Shown here one piece after another: positions 14,140 through 24,915 of a stretch of 64,000 bases of DNA (within the stretch, counting starts at the first letter, position 1; every line of letters starts with the position of its first letter). Source of the DNA: the human T2T-CHM13v2.0 reference genome, Homo sapiens; NCBI RefSeq assembly GCF_009914755.1, contig NC_060932.1, one strand, 5' to 3'. Below the pieces are notes generated by a model. It did not search any database. It had not been told where the DNA came from and saw only the letters and a list, made by a program, of their open reading frames with translations. The translations under genes and the position numbers were made by a program.

Positions 14140-15053
14140 ACACTGTGTGGTGTGGGGCAGTGAACAGACCCCATAGGGGTGTTTGTGGATAAAGAGAGAG
14201 ATTGTAAGGAATCATTTCACCGGATATGGGGGCTGCGGGTCCGAAATCCCCAGAGTAGGCCATGGGCAGGCGCCCTGGGAAGAGCCAGTGCTGCAGCTGA
14301 GGCTGGCAGCTGAGGCTGAAAACCGAGGCCGAGCTCCTTCCTCCTTGGGGACCGCACGCTTCTTCTCTCACAGCCTCCAGCAGACTGGGTGAGGCCCACG
14401 GTATGAGGGCCATCTCCTTCACCCACAGTCCACCAATCTAACCATTAATCCCTTCTAAAAAACACCTTCACACCAACAGCCAGACAGAAACACCTTCACA
14501 CCCGCAGCCAGAAACACCTTCACACCCACAGCCAGAAACACCTTCACACTGACAGTCAGACGGAAATACTTTCACACCAACAGCCAGACAGAAACACCTT
14601 CACACCAACAGCCAGAAACACCTTCACACCAACAGCCAGACCGAAACACCTTCACACTGACAGCCAGAAACACCTTCACACCGACAGTCAGACAGAAACA
14701 CTTTCACACCAACAGCCAGACAGAAACACCTTCACACCGACAGCCAGAAACACCTTCACACCAACAGCCAGACCGAAACACCTTCACACCAACAGCCAGA
14801 CAGAAACACCCTCACACCGACAGCCAGACAGAAACACCTTCACACTGACAGACAGAAACACCTTCACACCGACAGCCAGACAGAAACACTTTCACACTAA
14901 TAGCCAGACAGAAACACCTTCACACCAACAGCCAGACAGAAACAACTTCACACCAACAGCCAGAAACACCTTCACACTGACAGCCAGACAGGTGTTTGAC
15001 CAACTCTCTGGGCACCATGGCCCACCAGGTGAATACACGACATCAGCCATCAT
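14140..15053 (-). mobile_element. MLT2 (ERVL) solo LTR interrupted by a VNTR
   Basis: gaacagaccccatagggg..gagattgtaaggaatc..gactgggtgaggcccac..ttaatcccttctaaaaaacaccttcaca [VNTR] gtgtttgaccaactctctgggcaccatggccca..agccatca follows the antisense MLT2 consensus. Start is approximate. Confidence 0.8.
14458..14990. repeat. Minisatellite with 24- and 28-bp units, ~20 copies, inside MLT2
   Basis: (gaca)gaaacaccttcacacc(a/g)acagcca repeated. Confidence 0.96.
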
Positions 15054-15231
15054 GGGCAGGCACCTGCTGCTTCTGGCTCTAGGAATATTCAGGTCTGGAA
15101 TGAGAGTTGGGGTCTCAAAGGTGACGATGGGTGCCAGCCGAGGGGTCTGTCTGCATCTGAGGAAGCGGGGCTGAAGTCCATGCCTCTCTGTGTGCAGGTG
15201 CTTGTGGATGGATTGACGTCCATGCAGGCGC

Positions 15232-15372
15232 TCGTGGATGGAGGGCAGCTCCCCGGTGGAGGGAGGGCAGCTTCGCGGTGGGTGGAGGGAGGGCAGCTCC
15301 GCGGTGGAGGGAGGGCAGCTGCGAGGTGGGCGGAGGGCAGCTCTGTGGTGGATGGAGGGCAGCTCCGTGGAG
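15232..15372. repeat. G-rich minisatellite, ~22-26-bp unit, ~6 copies
   Basis: ggtgga(g/t)ggagggcagctcc(g/c)c repeated; resembles the classical GGGCAGG minisatellite core. Confidence 0.85.
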
Positions 15373-16237
15373 TGGGCAGGGGGCAGTTTGTGCTTCTTGA
15401 TGCCAGGGCCCATTTGGGAACAGAGCCCTGGGAGAGGCAGGGAACTGGGACTGGCTGAGACTTTGGACGGTAGAGCTGGGAGGTTGAGCATTTCCAACGC
15501 GAGTAAAGCTTTCAGCAACTGAAGGCTGAATATTTTAAGGCATTTTAACTTTAATTATGTTATAAAAAATGATTTCTTTCCAATCCACTAACGGAGTTAG
15601 AAAGTCACAAGGTGGGTCCACGGTGAAGTGCAGAGATGGAGAATCCAGTATTTACGGTAAAACTGAGGCCTTCCTGTCAGTACAGAGAATGAATAATTAA
15701 TTGTGTTTTTCTGGGTGAAGAAAAAGAAACAAAAAACCGGCTTCAAGTGCTTTTCTCTGTTTTGTGCTGAGGCTTAAATTTCTCAGTCCTTTGATGGTGC
15801 ATCACACCTTCCAACATGTCTTGTTTCTATGGCGACAGCGACGAGCTGCAGCTTGAATTCCTCGGCTCATCACAATATGAGGCTTCTTTAGGGATTTACC
15901 CGAAGCCCTCAAAATGCCCTCTGTTTTGTGTCTTTATTGACCGTGCAGCGGGCACAAGAGTGGCTGGACAAGCTCCGTGCCTCCCCCTCTTTCTCTGGAC
16001 CCAGCCGCAGGTTCTTCTCTTAGCGTGGGCATGGCATTGAACACAGAAGGCTTATATTAGGATGTTAGAATGTACTGAGAGTATACAGGGATTATCCAAG
16101 CAAACGTCCTGACCCCTTGGGCGAGTGTTTCCTTTTCTTTGGTTTTGGTCGTTGTTTTCCTGAGGGTTTAGTTTAAGTGGACACAGGGAGAAACAGAAGG
16201 ACAGCTCTGCTCTTCAGGAGCGGCACTTCCAGGTCTC

Positions 16238-16404
16238 AGCAGCCTGCTCCAGGTGGACCACCTTCCCAAGGTGGAGCAAGACAGCCTGGTGCAACAGCCT
16301 GCACTGGCGTGGACCACCTTCCCAGGGTGGAGTGAGACAGCCTGGGGCAGCAGCCTGCGCTGGCATGGACCACCTTCCCAGGGTGGAGTGAGACAGCCTG
16401 GTGC
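16238..16404. repeat. Tandem repeat, 56-bp unit, ~3 copies
   Basis: tggaccaccttccca(a/g)ggtggag..agacagcctgg..gcagcctgc at 16254, 16310, 16366. Confidence 0.9.
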
Positions 16405-17679
16405 TCCTTCAGGAGGGAGATGAAGATGCCGTGGTCACCCTTTACTTGTCATTTTTAAATTGGTGAACACAAAAGCACAGGAATGGAGGCCCTCATAGTT
16501 GCGTTAGGGCCACGTTTGGGAAAGAACAGAGAGATGGGTTTAGCACCCAAATCTGCAGAACCGCTCTCTCCCCACCACCTGCCCTCTGCAGACCCTGGAC
16601 ACGAGGCTGGTCCCACCCCTGTCCGCAGCAGACCCCAAGCTCACCCTCGCCCGGGGTTCTTGATGGGATCCTCCATCAGGGCTGCTTCCGGTTACACTTG
16701 ACTTCCTGGCGGTGAGCACAGGGGTTTTTGGGTGAAGTGATTCAGAGTCTACTTCCTGGTGACCTTTCTGAGCCCCCTTGCTTTGATTTTAGTAATGGGT
16801 TAGCAGTGTCCACCGTCAACACTGTTGTGAGGCTTGGGGGTCTTCAAAGTAAACCATTTTCCGAGTGCTGGGCGCACAGCCAGGACACACAGTGAGGACT
16901 GGCTGTAATTACTGTGTTATTGTCGGCTTTATCAGGTCCCAGGCCAAAACAGTCCCGTGCTGGAGAAGAAAGCTCTACTGAGGCTCTACTCTTAAATGTC
17001 TTTTTCTTTTTGTAACATAAAAACCTTCTAATTCTAGAATGCAAAGTAAATAGGTAATAAAGCAATTGCATGCATTAGGAAGAGCTTATTTATTTTTCAG
17101 TGTGGGCCAAGCTTGAGATGTCTAAGAAATGTTTGCGGAGTGAATGCATGCTCTTCCCTAGAGAACAGGCTCTGGCTGAATTTGACACCAAAACTATCTA
17201 ACAATTTTAGAGAACTGAATATTTTAAAAACAAAATTAATGATTTTTTTAAGGAATCAAGATCTACATGCTAAATGAAGAAAATATTCAGTGTAAACATT
17301 GTTCAAAACGTTTGTTTGTTCAGAGATGACGTTGCCCTAAATTATTTTTCCATTTACATCACACAAGTGTGTAAACGTGTTCTAGGTGTGTTTGGGGTTA
17401 ATTGGACCTGTTTTCATGCTGTTCACCATGGCTGACTTTCCATGGTTGCTGCCAAACCAGGACTGTTGATTATTTCCCAAGCTCTAAGAAGCACCTGGGC
17501 CACTTATAAAATCAAGCCTTGCCAAGCCTTTGCTCAGACCTCTCCCAAGGAAACTTGGATGCAGGAGGTTTGTGTGTGGGCTCAGGGCACCAGCATTTAA
17601 ATGCATTCCGGGGCATATTCATCATCAAGAGCTTTAGGGACCAGTGTGTTAGCACAAAAGGAGAAGCAGCAGCACTCAA

Positions 17680-19640
17680 CCTCTGTGGCATGGAGAGGAA
17701 CCCCCCAGCGTGAGAACTACCTCCCTGTGCTCCAGAGTCGAGGGACTCATCGAGCTCTGTGGCATGGAGAGGACCCCTCCAGCGTGAGGCCCACCTCCCT
17801 GTGCTCAGGAGAGTCAAGCTGGGAGCCTAGGGCAGGCCTTCACCCTCTGTGGCATAGAGAGGACCCCTCCAGCATGAGACCCACCTCCCTGCGCTCAGTA
17901 GAGTGGAGCTGGGAGCCCGGGGCAGGCCTTCACCCTCTGTGGCATAGAGAGGTCCCCTCCAGCGTGAGACCCACCTCCCTGCGCTCAGTAGAGTGGAGCT
18001 GGGAGCCCGGGGCAGGCCTTCACCCTCTGTGGCATGGAGAGGTCCCCTCCAGTGTGAGACCCAGCTCCCTGCGCTCAGTAGAGTGGAGCTGGGAGCCCGG
18101 GGCAGGCCTTCACCCTCTGTGGCATGGAGAGGTCTCCTCCAGCGTGAGACCCACCTCCCTGCGCTCAGTACAGTGGAGCTGGGAGCCCGGGGCAGGCCTT
18201 CACCCTCTGTGGCATAGAGAGGACCCCTCCAGCGTGAGACCCACCTCCCTGTGCTCAGGAGAGTCAAGCTGGGAGCCCGGGGCAGGCCTTCACCCTATGT
18301 GGCATGGAGAGGTCCCCTCCAGTGTGAGACCCACCTCCCTGTGCTCAGGAGAGTCAAGCTGGGAGCCCAGGGCAGGCCTTCACCCTCTGTGGCATGCAGA
18401 GGTCCCCTCCAGCGTGAGACCCAGCTCCCTCTGCTCAGGAGAGTCGAGCTGGGAGCCTAGGGCAGGCCTTCACCCTCTGTGGCATGGAGAGGTCCCCTCC
18501 AGCGTGAGACCCAGCTCCCTCTGCTCAGGAGAGTCCAGCTGGGAGCCCGGGGCAGGCCTTCACCCTCTGTGGCATGGAGGGGACCCCTCCAGCGTGAGAC
18601 CCACGTCCCTGTGCTCAGTAGAGTGGAGCTGGGAGCCCGGGGCAGGCCTTCACCCTCTGTGGCATGGAGAGGACCCCTCCAGCGTGAGACCCACCTCCCT
18701 GTGCTCAGGAGAGTCAAGCTGGGAGCCTAGGGCAGGCCTTCACCCTCTGTGGCATGGAGAGGTCCCCTCCAGCGTGAGACCCACCTCCCTCTGCTCAGTA
18801 GAGTGGAGCTGGGAGCCCGGGGCAGGCCTTCACCCTCTGTGGCATGGAGAGGTCCCCTCCAGCGTGAGACCCAGCTCCCTCTGCTCAGGAGAGTCGAGCT
18901 GGGAGCCCGGGGCAGGCCTTCACCCTCTGTGGCATGGAGAGGTCTCCTCCAGCGTGAGACCCAGCTCCCTCTGCTCAGGAGAGTCGAGCTGGGAGCCTAG
19001 GGCAGGCCTTCACCCTTTGTGGCATGGAGAGGACCCCTCCAGCGTGAGACCCACCTCCCTCTGCTCAGGAGAGTCGAGCTGGCAGCCCGGGGCAGGCCTT
19101 CACCGTCTGTGGCATGGAGAGGTCCCCTCCAGTGTGAGACCCACCTCCCTGCACTCAGTAGAGTGGAGCTGGGAGCCCCGGGGCAGGCCTTCACCCTCTG
19201 TGGCATGGAGAGGTCCCCTCCAGTGTGAGACCCACCTCCCTGCACTCAGTAGAGTGGAGCTGGGAGCCCCGGGGCAGGCCTTCACCCTCTGTGGCATGGA
19301 GAGGTCCCCTCCAGCGTGAGACCCAGCTCCCTCTGCTCAGGAGAGTCGAGCTGGGAGCCCGGGGCAGGCCTTCACCCTCTGTGGCATGGAGAGGTCTCCT
19401 CCAGTGTGAGACCCACCTCCCTGTGCTCAGGAGAGTCTAGCTGGGAGCCCGGGGCAGGCCTTCACCCTCTGTGGCATGGAGAGGTCCCCTCCAGCGTGAG
19501 ACCCAGCTCCCTCTGCTCAGGAGAGTCGAGCTGGGAGCCCGGGGCAGGCCTTCGCCCTCTGTGGCATGGAGAGGTCTCCTCCAGTGTGAGACCCACCTCC
19601 CTGTGCTCAGGAGAGTCGAGCTGGGAGCCTAGGGCAGGCT
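17680..19640. repeat. Large minisatellite, 90-bp unit, ~21 copies plus a degenerate 5' copy
   Basis: ctctgtggcatggagagg(t/a)cccctccagcgtgagaccca(c/g)ctccct..gctcag(g/t)agagt..agctgggagcccggggcaggccttcacc. 90-bp period; two copies near 19175 and 19266 carry an extra C. Confidence 0.98.
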
Positions 19641-20269
19641 TTTGCACCATGTTGATTCTGCCTTTGACTGAGTCTGCTTAGAGGTTTGTATGAACCCCAG
19701 CCGCATGGCCTTCGACATTTCTGTCTCTTCTCTTACTACGTTGACTGGTTTTGATCTGAAGAGAAAACTGCCGTGAGTTATATTTCCTTGCAACGCAATT
19801 CTGCTCTCAGCAAACGTTGGCGGCGCCACTGGACACACGTCCCTCCCCAAGAGCACAGCCGGGCATCCCGGCCTTGGAGCTGGACTGAGTCCCGGCGTCC
19901 TCTGCGTATGCGTCACAGAAACTCCTCCGCACACCAGTTTGTTTCCAAAAATATGTTTACAATTTGGAAACTAACTTGGAAGTGAATCGTTTTGGATGCA
20001 AAATGGCAAATGAGGTGCCCAAACAATGTTTGTTCACCTTCAATGAATGTTCACCTTCAACCCTGGAACGCGCTTCTGGAACATTCAGGGACACCCGACG
20101 TGTGACTGGCTCCTCCTCACGAGGGCCTCCCGGGCAGGTTTGCTTTTTTACAACTTGGTGGGTAAATCTGAGAATGTTTTCCAAGGCACGGAGCAGCTGG
20201 GAATGCAGCCAGTGTTTGTTGGGCTTCAGGGAGGACAGGCACAGCGGGCTGGCCCCACCCTGCGATGGC

Positions 20270-20712
20270 CACCCACAGACGCCGCGACCCACACCAGGCT
20301 CCCGGCCGCCCACGGACGCCGCCACCCACGCCAGGCTCCCGGCCGCCCACGGACGCCGCCACCCACGCCAGGCTCCCGGCCGCCCACGGGCGCCGCCACC
20401 CACGCCAGGCTCCCGGCCGCCCACAGACGCCGCGACCCACGCCAGGCTCCCGGCCGCCCACGGACGCCGCGACCCACGCCAGGCTCCCGGCCGCCCACGG
20501 ACGCCGCGACCCACGCCAGGCTCCCGGCCGCCCACGGACGCCGCCACCCACGCCAGGCTCCCGGCCGCCCACGGACGCCGCCACCCACGCCAGGCTCCCG
20601 GCCGCCCACGGGCGCCGCCACCCACGCCAGGCTCCCGGCCGCCCACGGGCGCCGCCACCCACGCCAGGCTCCCGGCCGCGCACGGACGCTGCGACGCACA
20701 CCAGGGTCCCGG
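20270..20712. repeat. CpG-island-like minisatellite, 37-bp unit, ~12 copies
   Basis: gacgccgccacccacgccaggctcccggccgcccacg at 20278, 20315, 20352 etc.; 6-7 CpG per unit. Confidence 0.98.
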
Positions 20713-21952
20713 TAGGGCCCTTCGTCCTCACTTGCTTTGAACATCACACAAATCACAGAACGACTTTGCTATTGCTTTTTACCAAATGTGTTGCTAAATG
20801 GTGCCTGGGAGGTGGGATAGGTGTGCATTCCAACAGTCTGTTCGTTTGGAAAAGGGTACATTTCATGGCTCACTCCTCTGGGGCTAGTGTGTATTTTAGA
20901 AAATACTGTTCTTACAGCATTTCAAAGAGATTCTTTGAAGGCAAAAACTATTTACTAAAATAACCCCAGTTCTCAGCCTCGCCGGTGTTCCTGGCTTCCT
21001 GCTTTCCAAAGTGCCCACGTGCCTGGTGGTTTTACCTGGCTGTGCTCTCAGATCCTCTCCGAATGCGTAGTAACTGCGATGAATTCCCGCAGAGGGCTTC
21101 TGAGAGTTAATATTTCTGTCATCAGTTTCTTCACATTCACAACAATGAAAAGAAAACAAGCAGCGTCCTGTGTGTTGCGTAGAGACGTGTGTCTCCGGTG
21201 TGCATAGGAGCCTTTGATCATTCCTGCAGCCATTTATCTTTGCTCGCAAGTTTCATTCAACAAATTACCGAGTGTCTGGGATGCGCCAGGGCCGTACTGG
21301 GGCTACGTTGCTAAGTAAACTCGGTGCCGACCTCAGCCCTCAGGGAGTTTCTGGTCTGTGCTACCACATCCTCGCAGTGGTGTCTCTTCATTAGAGGAGG
21401 GACTTCGTCCCTTTCAGAGGCTACCAGGAGGATTAGGAAAAGTGTTCGGATGTGTTTCTATGTGAAGCTTTGAAGCTTCAGAGGTGGAGAACGTCTTCTG
21501 CCCTGAGATTTCTACATTAATTAAGTGGGTAGCTTGTTTGAAATCAATTGGTTTACTTACTAAAAGTAGCCTGACATTTAGACATTGGTAATTAGTGTGT
21601 ACAGTATTTAGAAATACCACAGGTCTTTTATATTTACCCAATCCTTGGGATTCTGAAGATAATTCACTTAAATGTGATAATTCCTTCTGAATATCCATAG
21701 ACATGCATTCAAAATCCTCATTTCAATGGAAACACGTCCCTTCTATTATGCCGCAAAGCTCATACAGTAGGCCCCCTTCTCCAGGGTTTTGCTTCCCGAG
21801 ATTTCAGTTACCCGAAGTCAACTGAGATCTGAAAATATTAAATGGAAAATTCTAGAAATGAACAAGTCATAAGTTTTGAATTGCACACTGTTCTTAGTAG
21901 TGTAATGAATCTTGTGCCATCCTGCTCTGCCCTGCCTGGGACATGAATCATC

Positions 21953-22252
21953 CCTTTGTCCAGCATGTACAGCGTGTGTAGGGAAAACCTTTGTCCAGCA
22001 TGTCCACAGTGGACAGCGTGTGTAGGGAAAACCTTTGTCCAGCATGTCCACAGTGTACAGCGTGTGTAGGGAAAACCTTTGTCCAGCATGTCCACAGTGT
22101 ACAGCGTGTGTAGGGAAAACCTTTGTCCAGCATGTCCACAGTGTATAATGTGTGTAGGGAAAACCTTTGTCCAGCATATCCACAGTGTACAGCTTGTGTA
22201 GGGAAAACCTTTGTCCAGCATGTCCACAGTGTACAATGTGTGTAGGGAAAAA
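21953..22252. repeat. Minisatellite, 44-bp unit, ~7 copies, inside MER44
   Basis: cctttgtccagcatgtccacagtgtacagcgtgtgtagggaaaa at 21988, 22032, 22076, 22120, 22164, 22208, plus a shorter first copy. Confidence 0.97.
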
Positions 22253-22270
22253 CATGTATTAGAGTTTGTG

Positions 22271-22301
<31 letters not shown>

Positions 22302-22308
22302 CACGTGC
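22271..22308. repeat. (GT)13 microsatellite extending into alternating purine-pyrimidine sequence
   Basis: gtgtgt..gtgcgtgcacgtgc. Confidence 0.9.
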
Positions 22309-23142
22309 CTACCCACAGTTTCAGGCACCCCCGGTGGTCTCAGAATGTGTCTTCTCTGATACAGGGGAATTACTCTATAAGAAAATGAAGGTAGGTCACA
22401 CACTTAGAAGTTGTATTTCAGAGGATAATTGTCAGACGTCATGACTGATGAGTGTGTGAACTTGGCGCGCCTGTTGCATTTCAGCTCCTTTTGACTTCAT
22501 TCTCTTTCCACGCATGATCTGCCACGCAGGACAGAGTTTTGTAAGAAGGAGGGGCTGCTGAGAAACCGTGTGTTCTGTAGAAATAGACTAACCTTGAAAA
22601 TGGATTCAATTTCATACAGATGATAGCATTTAAAAATCAATTTCTTAAAGCCACTCATTTTAACCATAGCATTTCAAGTGCTTTATAGCTGTTCCAGTGA
22701 AACTTTCTTTAAAGATAAGCAATACCAGTTACATTTCTTTTACCCGCATCACCTGCAGTGATTGGGAGGATGTGGTGAGATTCCTATGCTGGTCCCACGT
22801 GGGGTTTCTTCTGGGGTTCCTGGCGTTCACAAGCCCACGTCTACTCCTCAGGGGCTAGAAGGGCCTGAACGGCATCTTCACTCTGATGTTAGCAATTTGA
22901 ATCTGCACTGATGGGCATGGCAGACGCAAATGTTAAGTGACATAAAATCTGTCTCTGAGTGTGCAGCCTGGGGGATCTGGAAGAACTGCCGAATGGAACT
23001 GGGAAAACAATTCCTTAAAATCCAACAAAGGCTCACTCACCAACACAGGGTGGGGGGCCAAGGCCGAGGAGCAGGGGGGCCATTTGTTGGCCAGTGTATG
23101 CTCTGCTTGCAGAATCAGTAAGTGAGCATGCTGTTTATTAGA

Positions 23143-23600
23143 ATTCCGCCACAGGCTACAAAGTGGATGAACCTTGAGGACATTAAGCACAGTGAACAGG
23201 CCGGCCACAGAGGGACACCCACAATGTGAGCGACTCACAGGAGGCACCCAGAGTCTGCAGATTCACAGAGACAGAAGGCAGACGGGGGTGCCGGGGCTGG
23301 GGGTGGAGGGGGCATTTCATGGCGGCAGACGCTCAGTCTGGGAAGATGGAAGAGTTCCGGAGATGGTGACACGACAATGGGAAGGTCCTCATCACCCCTG
23401 AGCCAAACATGACACGACGATGGGAAGGTCCTCGTCACCCCTGAGCCGAACACGACACGACGATGGGAAGGTCCTTGTCACCCCTGAGCCGAACACGACA
23501 CGACGATGGGAAGGTCCTTGTCACCACTGAGGCAAACACCTAAGACAGTCAAGATGGTGGATTTTATATTATGTTTATTTTAGCACAAAAAAGGAAAAAA
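23143..23600 (+). mobile_element. L1MB-like 3' end with A-rich tail, GC-shifted, containing a VNTR
   Basis: tggatgaaccttgaggacatt..ttcacagagacagaagg..cagtctgggaagatggaagagttccggagatgg..atggtggattttatattatg..cacaaaaaa follows the L1MB 3' UTR. Confidence 0.82.
23368..23538. repeat. Minisatellite, 43-bp unit, 4 copies, inside L1MB
   Basis: gacacgacgatgggaaggtcct(c/t)gtcacccctgagccgaacac at 23368, 23411, 23454, 23497. Confidence 0.95.
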
Positions 23601-23724
23601 GATTTATGAACTTAAAAAAGCAGCCAGCATATTGTATTATAGGGGAACATTCAATTCAGGAAATGTTCAGATAAAGAGAAGAACTCATATTATAAAACAA
23701 CATATGTGATATGACACACATTTT

Positions 23725-23995
23725 ATTCAATATAAATTAGTAAAAGCTTAATATATATTCAAGCTTTTACTAATTTATAATTATATATAATATTGAATTA
23801 CATATTGAATATATATAATGAATATAGATTCAAGCTTTTACTGATTAATATTAATATATATTTACATACATATATAATATATAATATAAAAATTACATGT
23901 AATATATAATTACATAATAATATATATAAATTACATATATAATTATATATTATATATCTATTATATATTTATATATAATTTATAGATACATAAAA
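23725..23995. repeat. AT-rich low-complexity tract with a 19-bp-arm inverted repeat
   Basis: (TA)-rich sequence; arms 23731-23749 and 23761-23779 are exact reverse complements. Confidence 0.9.
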
Positions 23996-24441
23996 CATTA
24001 CAGACACAGCTGTCTCGAGTCACTCAGTGATTGGCATGCCGTCCAAAAATCCATGGCGGAGAGAGACTAAGTCTCTTAAATGAGAAACGCACGCTATTCG
24101 TGGGATTTGAGAGAGAGTAAATGTTTTCTTTTGATATTATATATTTATACCATTAATGTGTAGACATGGTCTCCTGAAGGCTCTGCACAAGTCCCTGCAA
24201 TTCTGATAATATTTCAGGAAATGTTATCTCCCCACTGGGCCTGTCATGTGGGCACTCGCCTCTGTGGCAAGGTAGCCTGTGAAACTGTGGCCTTGTGCGT
24301 GGGGGGATTTAGGCACCTTTGCGTCTGCACTCAGGAGCCTGGTGTCCTCACAGTTGAGAGGTGGTGATGTGGGGAGGAGAAAAAGGGGAAGAAAACACAG
24401 CCCTGGGGGAGGTGACGGGGCAGAAAATGTGCGTGGGGCCT

Positions 24442-24732
24442 TGTGAGTCTCCGGGGTCTTTGTGAGTCTCTGGGGTCTCTGGTTTTCTGGGGTCTTCATG
24501 AGTTTCAGGGGTCTTTGTGAGTCTCTGGGTCCCTATGAGTCTCTGGGGTCTCTGTGGTTTTCCGGGGTCTTCATGAGATTCTGGGGTCTTCGTGAGTCTG
24601 TGGTTCCCTATGAGTCTCTGGAGTCTCTGTGGTTCCCTATGAGTCTCTGGAGTCTCTGTGGTTTTCCGGGGTCTTCGTAACTTTCTGGGGGTCTCTGAGG
24701 TTTTCCGGGGTCTTTCTGAGTCTCTGGAGTCT
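24442..24732. repeat. Degenerate tandem repeat built from gagtctctggggtctctgtggttttccggggtcttc-type modules
   Basis: Recurrent tgagtctctgg(g/a)gtctctg, ggttttc(c/t)ggggtctt and ccctatgag modules. Confidence 0.8.
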
Positions 24733-24915
24733 GACTCTGGTGGAGGTAAGAAGGGAACGGAGGTGGCCGTGAGTCCCGGTGGCCTATCTGCCCTGTGTGT
24801 GTATCACATCCTGGCTGCCCTGGGCGTCGTCTGGGGGTGTTTGGAGACTTCCAGGCTCTGTTGGATTCATGTGGACCCACCATGCTGAAACTTTCAGGGC
24901 TTCTCAGAGTCGTAT

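Larger units (their letters stand above)
21765..22375 (+). mobile_element. MER44-type (TcMar-Tigger) DNA transposon, internally deleted, containing a VNTR
   Basis: Starts cagtaggcccccttctcc..gatttcagttacccgaagtcaactgagatctgaaaatattaaatggaaaattc and ends cagtttcaggcaccccc..ggggaattactc. TA target-site duplication at 21763-64 and 22376-77. Confidence 0.88.

Noticed and set aside
17601-19319. 572-aa ORF as a protein-coding gene
   Set aside because: It is a translation of a 90-bp minisatellite with a weak start context and no recognisable domain, and it is frameshifted by unit indels. Kept only as a low-level finding.
17755-19640. Full PRDM9-A 13-mer array
   Set aside because: Units contain CCTCCCT but mismatch CCNCCNTNNCCNC at position 10.
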